DNA of 64,000 nt, taken from positions 21,744 to 85,743 of the forward strand of contig JBAVOR010000031.1 of NCBI GenBank assembly GCA_049692255.1, read 5' to 3'. The notes beneath the pieces were generated by a model. That model did no database searches. It was given only the letters and a program-made list of their open reading frames with translations, and was not told the DNA's origin. Source of the DNA: Candidatus Babeliales bacterium. GTDB lineage: Bacteria; Babelota; Babeliae; Babelales; JACPOV01. This document shows positions 1-9,786 of the stretch, in pieces (the first letter of the stretch is position 1; each line of letters starts with the position of its first letter). Both the position numbers and the translations under genes were made by a program.

Positions 1-562
1 TCATTACAATTGTTTTGGCAATAACTTGGATGGGCATACTTTTCATTTGCTGATATGCCTCACTCTGCTTCATTATAAGGTTACCAAAAATGTTGCGCTT
101 GAACTGATCTTGTACCGTTTCCATTGTTTGTGCTAACTGTTTTACTTCCTGCGGGTCATCCTCAGAAACGAAATAGGTGCCAACCGGCTTTTGCAGTACC
201 GTATTTGCATCAAGCAATTTCTGCAGTTCATTACTTTCTTTTATTAGTTTCCCTCTTCGCTTTTCCACATCTTGAGCTCTTCCAGAAAGCGCAGAGGGAT
301 CCTCTAATATCCTCTGCTTCTCCCGCTTCATCTGCTCAAGGGATCCAACATCTGGCAACAAATTCCCTTCCACAGCATATTTCTTTAATCCTTTTTTATA
401 ATCAGCATCTAATTGGTCGTGTTCTTTTTGAGAAATAATTTTTTTGCTCGTATCAATTGTGTAACTATCCTTAAAAATCTTCGGCTGGAATAACGAGAGC
501 CCGTTCAGTGAATGCTCAGAGTAGGCAGTTGCTGCAACAAGAATAAGATTCGTTAAGTTCAT
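1..562 (-). CDS. Secreted coiled-coil protein, 5' part only (gene continues past the left edge); tandem paralog of 559..2367
   Basis: Absent from the ORF track because there is no stop in the window. Manual reverse translation from ATG at 562-560 gives MNLTNLILVAATAYSEHSLNGLSLFQPKIFKDSYTIDTSKK...NELQKLLDANTVLQKPVGTYFVSEDDPQEVKQL..., open to the window edge. It matches the upstream neighbour at FQPKIFKENYSVKY and INELQKLIDANEVLQKPVGVYLMQDSDAQEVKDL. Its ATG overlaps the neighbour's TGA (ATGA). Confidence 0.6.
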   Translation of the reverse strand, partial: MNLTNLILVAATAYSEHSLNGLSLFQPKIFKDSYTIDTSKKIISQKEHDQLDADYKKGLKKYAVEGNLLPDVGSLEQMKREKQRILEDPSALSGRAQDVEKRRGKLIKESNELQKLLDANTVLQKPVGTYFVSEDDPQEVKQLAQTMETVQDQFKRNIFGNLIMKQSEAYQQMKSMPIQVIAKTIVM

Positions 563-2367
563 TTTTGCATCTTCTCTTTTTTTGGTTTCAAAATAGCATC
601 CATTTGTCTATATTCGGCCTGCAACTGCCGTTTGGTCTGTGCTAATGCAGTCTCTACTACGGGATCTATAGCATTAAAATTATTTCTTTCTATCTTTTGC
701 ATAATATCATACAGTAGCGCATATACATTCTTAAGTATTTGATATTGCTCTTCTGTTATAGCCTCTTGCGCCTTCAATGCTGCATCGAAATTGCTAATTT
801 GTGCATGCAATTTCCCATACGTTGATTCAGGATTATTGAGCGCTTCGAGTAATTCATCCTTGGTCATATTACGCATGCTCACATACAACGGCATATCATC
901 CACTACATACTCTGCACGCGGGAATAAAGACGTTAACTGCGTCTTAATAGTGTCTTCAAGCGTATTGTGCAATTGCTGCAACTCTTCAGGCGATACTTGC
1001 TTTAGTATAAGTACTTGCGGAACGGAAGTACTTGATTGCCTATTCTCTTTCTCTGCTTTTGCCTTCAGCAACGTTTCGATTGTTTCTCTTTGTGTCTTCT
1101 CAAGCGCCGTACGTACCTCAGCAACAAAGACACGCTTTTGATGTGTTGATTGTACTATTGTACTTTTTTTTAATCGTATTTCCGGAATTGCTTCTTGCAA
1201 AGGATCACGCACTGTCCGTTCAAGAAGCACAAGAATAGCATCAAGCGAACTAAATACTTGCTCAACATGCTTAATCTTGCTTTCAGTTATTACAGTATTT
1301 TGTAACTGAGCAACATATTTTTGCAAGCGTTCCAGGAATATATTGTATTTGCTTTGGAGGTTCTCCTGAAACTCTTGCTTCATCCCCTCCAAATCCACAA
1401 TTCCCAGCGTATCGTACCATGCTCCATCGAGCAACGCAGATACATCTTGAAGCCCCAATAACACGAGACTTCCTGCTAATTCCTGCAACAATGTACTTTT
1501 CTTGTCGGTCAATTCTTTAATTTTTGAAGCTTTAAATGTATCAACTTGATATTGCCGCTGCCCAATTACATGCTCTTCTTCTTTTAATCGGGTTTCTATT
1601 TCTTGATTATTTCTAAAATCCTCTTCGAGCTGCCACAATAATCGTGTTAAAATGAGGTATGTGTCAGTACGCAACTGCTCTTCTTCGGATGTCATCAAGC
1701 TTTTACGTTCTATCGATGTATCTAATGTTTGCACTTGTTGTTTTAATTTCCCATACAATGAATCTTGATTTTCCAGCATGCTCGCTGGGTCCGCTTGCAT
1801 TTCTTTATATATAGTGCTCTGCTTTATCAGCCAAACGCCATGCTTATCTTCCCTAAATGATGCTAAAACAGTATTCATGGTTGTTTTCAAATCTTTTACC
1901 TCTTGCGCATCTGAGTCTTGCATGAGATAAACACCTACCGGTTTTTGCAACACCTCGTTCGCATCAATCAGTTTTTGTAGCTCATTTATCTCTTTCCGCA
2001 TTTTCTGTTGTGGCTTATACGAATCCTCAACATTACCAGAAAAATTTTTTGCATAACTTGCCAACTCTTTTTCTTTGTTCTCTTTCAATGTAGCCAACTT
2101 TGCATGCTCATTGCTATAATGATCGCTATCAGGTAATGCAACCCCTTTCTCTTCACCCACCCGATCTGCATATTTATTAAACCCTTTTTGATAATCGATC
2201 GCTAATTTCTCATGATATTGTTGCGGCACATTTTTTTGCGAATCTGTGGTCTTATACTTTACAGAATAATTTTCTTTAAAAATCTTTGGCTGAAAAATAT
2301 CTGCTAATGCATGCAGAAAAGAAGGAGAAGAAAAGAAAACAGTTATTAACGTAATCCTAACAAACAT
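559..2367 (-). CDS. Secreted coiled-coil protein (hypothetical)
   Basis: ORF 559..2472. Best start is ATG 2367, preceded by AAGGAGATAGG. The N-terminus MFVRITLITVFFSSPSFLHALA is signal-peptide-like. The rest is Q/E/K/L-rich and heptad-like. No catalytic motif recognised. Confidence 0.7.
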   Translation of the reverse strand: MFVRITLITVFFSSPSFLHALADIFQPKIFKENYSVKYKTTDSQKNVPQQYHEKLAIDYQKGFNKYADRVGEEKGVALPDSDHYSNEHAKLATLKENKEKELASYAKNFSGNVEDSYKPQQKMRKEINELQKLIDANEVLQKPVGVYLMQDSDAQEVKDLKTTMNTVLASFREDKHGVWLIKQSTIYKEMQADPASMLENQDSLYGKLKQQVQTLDTSIERKSLMTSEEEQLRTDTYLILTRLLWQLEEDFRNNQEIETRLKEEEHVIGQRQYQVDTFKASKIKELTDKKSTLLQELAGSLVLLGLQDVSALLDGAWYDTLGIVDLEGMKQEFQENLQSKYNIFLERLQKYVAQLQNTVITESKIKHVEQVFSSLDAILVLLERTVRDPLQEAIPEIRLKKSTIVQSTHQKRVFVAEVRTALEKTQRETIETLLKAKAEKENRQSSTSVPQVLILKQVSPEELQQLHNTLEDTIKTQLTSLFPRAEYVVDDMPLYVSMRNMTKDELLEALNNPESTYGKLHAQISNFDAALKAQEAITEEQYQILKNVYALLYDIMQKIERNNFNAIDPVVETALAQTKRQLQAEYRQMDAILKPKKEKMQK

Positions 2368-2561
2368 ACCTATCTCCTTCTTGGGCACCACCCTATTTTG
2401 TTCTATGCATACGCAATCTCCATAATAAAAAGCAAGTTTTATGCGTACTACTCGATAAATATGCCCTTGCATAGCGTCATCATGGTAAAGGGACGTGAAC
2501 CATGGTATTGTATTATACGAATGCTTCGGTGCTTATATATATGAATCATGAAGGGGCGCCC

Positions 2562-3644
2562 ATGTTGGCGGAAGAACTCAAAGAACAGCTCAAACAGATG
2601 AGCAGCGATGTAGAAACTATTAAAGCGTACTGGCACAAATCACCAGTAGAAGCGCGTTACCAGCAGCTGCACGATCTTAGTGGCCAAGAAAACTTTTGGC
2701 AAAACCCCGACCAAACAACAATCTTAAAAGAGCTGCAACACCTCAAAAATGAGCGGGAGGCGTACCATGCGATTACCCATTCATATCAAGAGCTCCATGA
2801 CCTGATCGATCTTTTTAAAGATGATGAAGCAGAACTCAAGCGCTTAGCGCCAGAAATTAATGCACTCAAAAAGAAGGTCGTTCAATTTAAGATCCAGGTA
2901 CTCTTACGTGGACCAGAAGATAGCGCCAACTGTTTTTTTAGTATTAATGCAGGAGCTGGCGGCACCGAATCACAAGATTGGGCAGATATGCTGCTGCGTA
3001 TGTATATCCGTTTTTGTGAACGGGAGCAGTTTTCGTATGCAATGATAGATTACCAACCTGGTGAAGGAGCAGGCATTAAATCGGCAACCTTATTTGTTAA
3101 AGGCACCAATGCATATGGCCTGCTAAAAGCAGAAGAAGGCATTCATCGGCTTGTGCGTATTTCTCCGTTTGATGCCAATAAACGGCGCCACACCTCCTTT
3201 GCTGCGGTAAGCGCCACGCCAGAAATTGCTCAAGCAACTATTGAAATTGACCCAAAAGATTTGCGTATCGACACCTACCGTTCTGGTGGTGCTGGTGGGC
3301 AGCACGTGAACAAAACAGAGTCTGCAGTGCGCATCACTCACATTCCTACCAACACGGTGGTACAATGCCAGAACGATCGCTCTCAAATCGCTAACCGAGA
3401 AACAGCAATGAAAATGCTGTACGCAAAGCTTGCACAAAAGCAGCGGCTAGAACATGCAGCAAAATTAGCGAAAATGGATAAAAAAAATATCGAATGGGGC
3501 TCACAAATCCGTTCATATGTGTTGCACCCTTATAAAATGGTTAAAGATCACCGCACTGACTACGAATCGCCACAACCAGAGTTGGTACTCGATGGTGACC
3601 TTATGCCGTTTATCGAAGCGTACTTGGTGGCAACAGCAGGGTGA
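2562..3644 (+). CDS. prfB: Peptide chain release factor 2
   Basis: RF2-specific SPF tripeptide (RISPFDANKRRHTSF) and GGQ motif (YRSGGAGGQHVNKTESAVRITHIPT). ATG 2562 is preceded by GAAGGGG and gives about 360 aa. One continuous frame. Confidence 0.9.
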   Translation: MLAEELKEQLKQMSSDVETIKAYWHKSPVEARYQQLHDLSGQENFWQNPDQTTILKELQHLKNEREAYHAITHSYQELHDLIDLFKDDEAELKRLAPEINALKKKVVQFKIQVLLRGPEDSANCFFSINAGAGGTESQDWADMLLRMYIRFCEREQFSYAMIDYQPGEGAGIKSATLFVKGTNAYGLLKAEEGIHRLVRISPFDANKRRHTSFAAVSATPEIAQATIEIDPKDLRIDTYRSGGAGGQHVNKTESAVRITHIPTNTVVQCQNDRSQIANRETAMKMLYAKLAQKQRLEHAAKLAKMDKKNIEWGSQIRSYVLHPYKMVKDHRTDYESPQPELVLDGDLMPFIEAYLVATAG

Positions 3645-5102
3645 TTAATCTAATTCTTCAATTTCTTTTGGCACGTCTTGTTTCTCTGGAAACAACGGTG
3701 CATCAGTCAAAAGATCTTTAAATACCATCTGAGCCTTCGTTGCTTTCAAAAGCATGGTATTTAAAGTTTGAATTCTCTTAAATTCATCAATATTATATCC
3801 AACCGCTCTTTGCTCTCTCCCCGTAAACTGCGTTTGCTGTATATTTTGAGCCATCTCAATAAAATCAACCAACAACTGCTGTACCGTAATATCAGGATTT
3901 GTTTCTTTAACTGTTTCATAATAATTTCTCAATTGCTCTCCTTGTTCTGTCTTATTGATAGTGTTGCGTAAGATTTTTCCGAAGCGTTGCGGATCCATAT
4001 TTATTGATTCTTGTACTAAAACAACGCTCGTATTAAACAACGTTGGAGCAACTGGTTTAGTTGGTTGTGATTGTCGCGAAACAATTGCACCTTGTTTTCC
4101 CACTTTTTGTTCTTCAAGACTTTCTGACACTGCTGACTCTTGTTTGGGTACCCTTTGTATCTTAGGCACGGAAGGGGTCCGCTGGAATTCTGATTCTGGT
4201 AGCTCTTTCTGTTCTGGCGCGCTAAATTTATTCATAAGTCTTTCAAGTTCTTTAATCTCATTGATTTTTTCTTGTAATAAACGCTCTTGCAATTGCAATG
4301 TTTTTACCACGTTGTTATGAATGTTGGCATCGGTGTTAGTTTTTTTAGTAAGACTACTATACACACTCTCTTCGTCTTGTATCTGTTGTTGCGTATCTCT
4401 TAACTGAACATCTAAAATAAATGCATATTCCTCAGGATTAATATTTTGCTTCCGCAGTTCTTCTAGTTCTTGATTATATTTAACTACAAGTTGCTTTAAT
4501 CGCACTTCTTTTGATGATTTCTGTTGTACTACAGATGTTGACCTACCCAATTCCTCTTCTAATACAGTAAGCGGGTTATTCTCTTGATCAAGACCCAGCT
4601 TTTTCATATTCTTAATATATTGAGAGCGGCTAATTTCGTGGCTTTTCAATTGAATATTCAAATCTTCTATCTGTTTGATATAGGCATCAAATACTTGATT
4701 CTTATGAACTATAGGATATGTAATTTGAATATCTTGTGTCTTTGTTATCGCATTGCGCAAAGTGGCGAGCTCATGTTGTTCATTTGTCAGATCAATTATT
4801 TGTCGTCGCGCTTGTCGTGCTTGTTGGAGCGTTGGTTGTTCTTGTCTGACTTGTCCGGGCTCGTTGGTTGCAATAGTTTCTGTAATTGCTTGCTCATTCA
4901 AAGCATACTGTATTCCCTTAACCATTGCATTTCGCTGTCGCACTGCATAATCTATTTCCTTTTCCGGATTATCAGCCTTCAGCAACGAAGCGTATTTTTG
5001 CTTCAATTTCTTCACATCTGTCTCTGGGCCTTTAAATGGTTCCGCTGCGTCAACACGCACACCCCAGATTACTGCACACAAAACGAATAGTTTTTTTGAC
5101 AT
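3645..5102 (-). CDS. Secreted coiled-coil protein (hypothetical)
   Basis: 485-aa ORF. ATG 5102 is preceded by GGGGGAG. Signal peptide MSKKLFVLCAVIWGVRVDAAEP. Q/E/K-rich helical repeats. Stop abuts the prfB stop (convergent, no spacer). Confidence 0.7.
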   Translation of the reverse strand: MSKKLFVLCAVIWGVRVDAAEPFKGPETDVKKLKQKYASLLKADNPEKEIDYAVRQRNAMVKGIQYALNEQAITETIATNEPGQVRQEQPTLQQARQARRQIIDLTNEQHELATLRNAITKTQDIQITYPIVHKNQVFDAYIKQIEDLNIQLKSHEISRSQYIKNMKKLGLDQENNPLTVLEEELGRSTSVVQQKSSKEVRLKQLVVKYNQELEELRKQNINPEEYAFILDVQLRDTQQQIQDEESVYSSLTKKTNTDANIHNNVVKTLQLQERLLQEKINEIKELERLMNKFSAPEQKELPESEFQRTPSVPKIQRVPKQESAVSESLEEQKVGKQGAIVSRQSQPTKPVAPTLFNTSVVLVQESINMDPQRFGKILRNTINKTEQGEQLRNYYETVKETNPDITVQQLLVDFIEMAQNIQQTQFTGREQRAVGYNIDEFKRIQTLNTMLLKATKAQMVFKDLLTDAPLFPEKQDVPKEIEELD

Positions 5103-5235
5103 AGCTTCAATCTCCCCCTTTTTTATTGATCTTATGACAAGCGTATCAAACCGCTTACAGCAAAAACAAGTATTTACTCATGTGAAGACACGCGCTGGCA
5201 ACAAAAAGACTCGGACTGAAAATACATATCATCAT

Positions 5236-6714
5236 TCAGCTACGCCGCATCCAATACGCGCCACAGCTACCGAGTAGTAGCCCAACAGAGGAAGCAACTG
5301 GCATGAGCAATCCACTGAAAGCCAGCAGCACATTCACGCGCATCATATGCAAAACAATGCCCCACAAAAACCCACCCACCGCATGCACAGGCTGTAAAGC
5401 ATATGCTGGCGCCTGCACCAGTAATGCACGTGCACGTGCGCGCGATGCGTACGCGGCGATAGTATCAATACCTAAAGAGGCGGGTAATAATACACAAAGA
5501 GTGGCCATACACAGTACACTCAAGCAGAGCCCCCATACTTGATATTGTTTTACGCGCGTTGCATCAAGAGTAAGCAACTGTCCCATTTTTCTACTAATCA
5601 TCAGATCTGCGCATACGCCACCGACAATTTCAATCCACACCGCAACAAGCAGCCCTTGCACCTGCGTAAAGCTAAAAAGCAATACGGCAGGAACCATCGC
5701 AAAGGTTGCAAAACGCCCAAGTGGCGCAACGCCGGCAGCTCCTGCAATAGTTACCAAACAGTACGCAGCAATACCGGTTGCACCTACCACATATGCCGCT
5801 TGCATCAACGTACCACCAAACAGTACTGGTACGCACAATAATACCCCTAGCGCCCCGTGCATGACGTTCGCTACACATACTTTTCTTAGATAATGGACAA
5901 AGTTTAGATAGCGCACCTTTTTTATCCCACCGACCATGGTGAATAGCATCGCACCCATTGTTTGCACAGTGGCTGCAATTACCATACCTGCTCCAACGCT
6001 CATAAGCGCGCTCTCTACCCCGTTCAGCTGCATAACCAATTTCATGCTGAGGCCAACAGCTACAGGTACCAATAATAAGTGCCCGGCAACATATCCAACG
6101 GCAATAACGATCGGAAAAAGCACACCCGTTGAACGTAATGGGCTCACCTGCACACACAGTAACATACGCGTCAGTTCACCAGTAACCATCAACACGCTCC
6201 CTATAATGCCGCGCCGTATCTGCATTGGTGACCATGCGTCATGAATCATGGTTGCATGCAATTTACTCAGCGCAAAGGGTAACGTTCGCACCGCATCAGT
6301 TGATTCATACCACTGGGCACATACATATCCAATAAATGCTGCACAACCGATCAATGCAACAAGCAGACCCCACAACAACACCGGTTGCGCCATAAGCTGT
6401 GTAACAAGCGTAGGATCGTTGTAATAAAAAGCAGGCAACGAAAATGCACACGCCGTCGCTATAATGCCCCCCGCAGATGCACCTGCTACCGCGTAACCAA
6501 CAGTGGCCACCCGTGACTCATTACATCTAACGTGCCACTGCATCAGCATGCGTGCACATACAATAAGTATCGGCGCAATCCACGGCCCCACGGGAGTAAT
6601 GAGCGATACATAACTCATAATGGTCGTTGCGAGAATAGTTAAAAGAAAGGTGAGTAAAAGCGTAATGTTATGCATAAGCTCTCGTCCGCCGAACTCTGCC
6701 ATGCTGGAAAGCAT
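5236..6714 (-). CDS. Polytopic inner-membrane transporter, possibly OPT (oligopeptide transporter) family
   Basis: 492-aa ORF made almost entirely of Gly/Ala-rich hydrophobic helices (at least 12). The segment RTLPFALSKLHATMI resembles the LPFPSGTA motif of OPT transporters. Family assignment is tentative; the start could be M1, M5 or M14. Confidence 0.45.
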   Translation of the reverse strand: MLSSMAEFGGRELMHNITLLLTFLLTILATTIMSYVSLITPVGPWIAPILIVCARMLMQWHVRCNESRVATVGYAVAGASAGGIIATACAFSLPAFYYNDPTLVTQLMAQPVLLWGLLVALIGCAAFIGYVCAQWYESTDAVRTLPFALSKLHATMIHDAWSPMQIRRGIIGSVLMVTGELTRMLLCVQVSPLRSTGVLFPIVIAVGYVAGHLLLVPVAVGLSMKLVMQLNGVESALMSVGAGMVIAATVQTMGAMLFTMVGGIKKVRYLNFVHYLRKVCVANVMHGALGVLLCVPVLFGGTLMQAAYVVGATGIAAYCLVTIAGAAGVAPLGRFATFAMVPAVLLFSFTQVQGLLVAVWIEIVGGVCADLMISRKMGQLLTLDATRVKQYQVWGLCLSVLCMATLCVLLPASLGIDTIAAYASRARARALLVQAPAYALQPVHAVGGFLWGIVLHMMRVNVLLAFSGLLMPVASSVGLLLGSCGAYWMRRS

Positions 6715-6815
6715 AGATAAACGAAGGCTGGATTGACAAAAAATTGATTACTGTTAGAATAAACAGTTATATTTATAAAGCAAGTAAGATAAAATAAAAA
6801 AAGAATTGGAAGTTT

Positions 6816-7757
6816 GTGATTCAATTAATAATTCTACATGCATTGTTTGCATCCACTTTCTCACTCGGCAAAGTATTATTACAGTACGCGACCCCTATCT
6901 TTTTAGTGGGCATTCGCATGGGCATAGCAGGCTCATTGTTGCTTGCATACCATTATTTTAGTACTGGTTCGATGGGCACCATTCGGTTTAAACATTGGCG
7001 GTTGTATGCGCAGGCAGTACTATTCACCTGTTATTTGCCCTACATTTTACGCTTCTGGGGCTTGCAACACATGTCTCCTTCAAAAGCATCGTTATTGTAC
7101 ACAGCCGGGCCCTTTGTAACGTTCTTACTTTCCTATTTTCTTGCGGACGAAAAAGTAACTACTAAAAAAGTGGTCGGGCTTCTGGTTGGCTTTATTGGCT
7201 TGCTGCCGATGCTCATAAAACCGGAACCAACAGAAAATCTGCTCGGTGGCTTTGGCTTTTTTTCTATGGCAGAATTTTATGTGATCGCTTCTATTTCGTG
7301 CCTCAGCTACGGCTGGATTATAACGCACAAGTTGCTCAAAGAATATAAATATCCACCAACATTGGCGAATGGCATTAGCATGTTTGCTGGCGGCATATTG
7401 GCACTATTCACTTCTGCTATTTTTGAAACGCCACAACCTATCACCGATATGAAATCGTTTTTAATGATCTTGGCGATTGTGGTAATTGTTAGCAACCTCA
7501 TTTGCCACACCATGTATGGCATGTTGCTCAGAAAATATTCCCCTACCTTCATGTCATTTGCTGGATTTATGACCCCACTCTTTGCAGCGTTCTATGAATG
7601 GCTGTTGCTTGATGCTGCTATTTCACGGCAATTTTTTGTTTCCGTTGTTTGTGTATTCATTGGCTTAGGCATCTTCTACTACGATAGCTTTGCTCATCCA
7701 CGCAAAACATTGACCCCCAGTGAGCAAATTGATACTGCTGAAGAAATGGAATGGTAG
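6816..7757 (+). CDS. EamA/DMT-family transporter
   Basis: 313 aa, GTG start, about 10 hydrophobic helices in two similar halves. The N-terminus LHALFASTFSLGKVLLQYATPIFLVGIRMGIAG is typical of EamA domains. Confidence 0.75.
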   Translation: MIQLIILHALFASTFSLGKVLLQYATPIFLVGIRMGIAGSLLLAYHYFSTGSMGTIRFKHWRLYAQAVLFTCYLPYILRFWGLQHMSPSKASLLYTAGPFVTFLLSYFLADEKVTTKKVVGLLVGFIGLLPMLIKPEPTENLLGGFGFFSMAEFYVIASISCLSYGWIITHKLLKEYKYPPTLANGISMFAGGILALFTSAIFETPQPITDMKSFLMILAIVVIVSNLICHTMYGMLLRKYSPTFMSFAGFMTPLFAAFYEWLLLDAAISRQFFVSVVCVFIGLGIFYYDSFAHPRKTLTPSEQIDTAEEMEW

Positions 7758-7770
7758 GGGCACTCGTGAT

Positions 7771-9267
7771 TTATTGCTGTGTTGCACCGGTTTCTTGCAG
7801 TGGCACAAAGCCAGGAAGCACCTGCACACCACCCGTTTTTTTTATTTTTTGAATCTGCTCAGACTCGGTTGATTGTGACGCTCCAGCTCCACTGCTCGTT
7901 TGTTGCTGGACCTTCGGTGTTGGCAATGGTTTATTTCTACTCAGTTCAGTACTCTTGAGCTCCTGCGTAACATCACGTAATAGTGTAAGGTATTCAAGAA
8001 CAGCCGATCTTCCTTGCACTTCACTTTCGCTTATCGTATTTATAGCGGTATTTAACTTATTTAACGAATCTTCTAATGAATCGTCTGTACGCAAACTATC
8101 AATACCGGGAAACGAGCTGTATGAATTTTTTATATAGCGTAAAAGATCTATTCTGCTGTTAGTAACGCCGGTTCTATTGCCGCGCACCAGGCTCTCTATT
8201 TTATTCAGATATTGGTTATTAGCCACACTAAATACTTCACGAGCCTCTTCATCTCCACCTGTTTCTGTTGCGTGCTGCAGTCGCTGCGCAGCTTCTTGTC
8301 TGGCGTACCAAACATTTGCTAACCCACTAAAAAATGAAGTTGGGTCTTGTGTCGGGTTATCGTGTACCAATTCTAGTTTGGGCGTATTAGATCGCTGCGG
8401 TGTTATTTTTTTATTAATCCTACTCTTGAGTTGCGTATCCAATTCTGTTGTTCCATTGCCTTCATGTACATCCTGCAAATTTTTAAGCAATGTCTCTAAT
8501 TCTCTTATTTGATATTGCAATTTATAATATTCTGCATCCTCTGGCCCGTATAATCCTGTCAACTTCTTAATGTTTTCCAATATGTTATATCGTGTTCTTT
8601 TGCGATCAATTAATTTCTGAAGAACATCCTCACTCGTTGCCCACTGCAGCCCTTGTTTGCCAAAAACATCTGGTTCCGCTAGCAACGTTTTAACGTCTGC
8701 ATCAAATTTTTTAATATCGCGATCAAATAAGCGCTGATTGTCTTTTAATGGATCGCTTCCAGATTTAATAAAAGGAGATTGCCACGCATCCTGTGATAAG
8801 AGCTTAATACGTTGGAGATCACTAACTTCTTGTTCAATTTTATTTCCTTTTCTTGCATACGGCTCACGCTCACTGATCATATCATCAATCGTTTGATCAG
8901 CATTGTATGCATCTTTTAATTGTTTATTATATTTTTTGAGCAATTGATTGAGCATTTTTCTGTCGCTATCACCAATAGATGGGCCCGTCGGAGGACCTTC
9001 AAGATTCGGTTGCATTTCTTCTTCAAAAGAAGGCAGAGAGACTTCCTCCTTTCTACCAAGGGGTTCTGAGCTTGGCGTTTTCGATTCTTCAATTATTACT
9101 TCTGTCGGTTTGTTTAACCCTCCGACATGCTGAAACCCTTTCGGATCACCGATTTTCAATTGTTCCTCGCCAGGAGAAATAGAAAATGATCCCCCCTTCA
9201 TCGCTTGCAACTGAACACTCTGCAATATTATTGCAACGGATGCTAAAACAAACAAATGCCGCTTCAT
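7771..9267 (-). CDS. Secreted protein (hypothetical) with CRIB-like N-terminal motif
   Basis: 498-aa ORF. ATG 9267 is preceded by AGAGG. Signal peptide MKRHLFVLASVAIILQSVQLQA. Helical and charged. Contains IGDPKGFQHVGG at 9118..9153. Confidence 0.7.
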   Translation of the reverse strand: MKRHLFVLASVAIILQSVQLQAMKGGSFSISPGEEQLKIGDPKGFQHVGGLNKPTEVIIEESKTPSSEPLGRKEEVSLPSFEEEMQPNLEGPPTGPSIGDSDRKMLNQLLKKYNKQLKDAYNADQTIDDMISEREPYARKGNKIEQEVSDLQRIKLLSQDAWQSPFIKSGSDPLKDNQRLFDRDIKKFDADVKTLLAEPDVFGKQGLQWATSEDVLQKLIDRKRTRYNILENIKKLTGLYGPEDAEYYKLQYQIRELETLLKNLQDVHEGNGTTELDTQLKSRINKKITPQRSNTPKLELVHDNPTQDPTSFFSGLANVWYARQEAAQRLQHATETGGDEEAREVFSVANNQYLNKIESLVRGNRTGVTNSRIDLLRYIKNSYSSFPGIDSLRTDDSLEDSLNKLNTAINTISESEVQGRSAVLEYLTLLRDVTQELKSTELSRNKPLPTPKVQQQTSSGAGASQSTESEQIQKIKKTGGVQVLPGFVPLQETGATQQ

Positions 9268-9531
9268 ATGCTTACCTCTTTTTTACAAAAAATAATATCT
9301 ATGTTGGGTTTACTAAAAAATAGATATGAAAAGCAATGGTTGTGAAATGCGAAGCGCTGCCGTAATGAAATGGAGGCAAATGAGTTGCCCTACCACGCTG
9401 CTTTCTACTTCGTTGAAACTTTGTAGAACAGGTCGAAGAGCATATTTCGCTATAAAATCCTGTGTATGGCCTGCCATGCTGCTACGCTTCTTCGAGCTAT
9501 GGCAATACAGGGCCGTGGCTTGCCCAGCCGA

Positions 9532-9560
9532 AGCTTGCCAAGCCTGTAGGCATGGATAAG
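9532..9560 (+). repeat. Family-A extended hairpin, copy A1
   Basis: gcttg-cc-aagcc-tgta-ggcat-gg-a-taagc. Lies 6 nt from the 3' end of tRNA-Leu(CAG). Confidence 0.7.
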
Positions 9561-9566
9561 CGTAGG

Positions 9567-9653
9567 CTGGTGCCGGAGACCGGACTCGAACCGATACAGT
9601 GTTACCACCGCAAGCACCTGAAGCTTGTGCGTCTGCCAATTTCGCCACTCCGG
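9567..9653 (-). tRNA. tRNA-Leu (anticodon CAG), CCA encoded
   Basis: Reverse complement GCCGGAGTGGCGAAATTGGCAGACGCACAAGCTTCAGGTGCTTGCGGTGGTAACACTGTATCGGTTCGAGTCCGGTCTCCGGCACCA. 7-bp acceptor stem, anticodon loop TTCAGGT, long variable arm, TTCGAGT T-loop. Confidence 0.9.
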
Positions 9654-9786
9654 CAATTGAAAAAAATCACGAGGATACTAGTGTAAAGCCTTATTGAATC
9701 AATTGCAACTCATAATTTGGTCGGCATATGCGCTCCACCAGGCAAAGCATCGTCGATGCCTAACGGTTATGCCGGACTAAAGATTA

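Noticed and set aside
124-438. 104-aa plus-strand ORF
   Set aside because: It is antisense to the partial coiled-coil gene 1..562, which has clear paralogy to its neighbour.
2473-2640. Programmed +1 frameshift site (CTT TGA C) expected near codon 26 of prfB, and the 20-codon N-terminal extension of ORF 2502..3644
   Set aside because: The RF2 frame is continuous from ATG 2562 through the region homologous to the E. coli shift site (…DVETIKAYWHKSPVEARYQQL…). There is no in-frame TGA and no upstream short frame, so this RF2 is encoded without a frameshift. The extension from 2502 has no RBS and is not RF2-like.
5303-6244. Internal ORFs on both strands (79-161 aa)
   Set aside because: They are nested in the 492-aa membrane-transporter gene, and their composition (Cys/Arg-rich) is typical of off-frame translation of a GC-richer gene.
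9313-9686. ORFs of 68-111 aa on both strands. The same applies to 11093..11338 and 13979..14215.
   Set aside because: They run through tRNA genes and palindromic repeats (translations such as ...GLEPIQCYHRKHLKLVRLPISP...). They are artefacts of structured, stop-poor GC-rich repeats.
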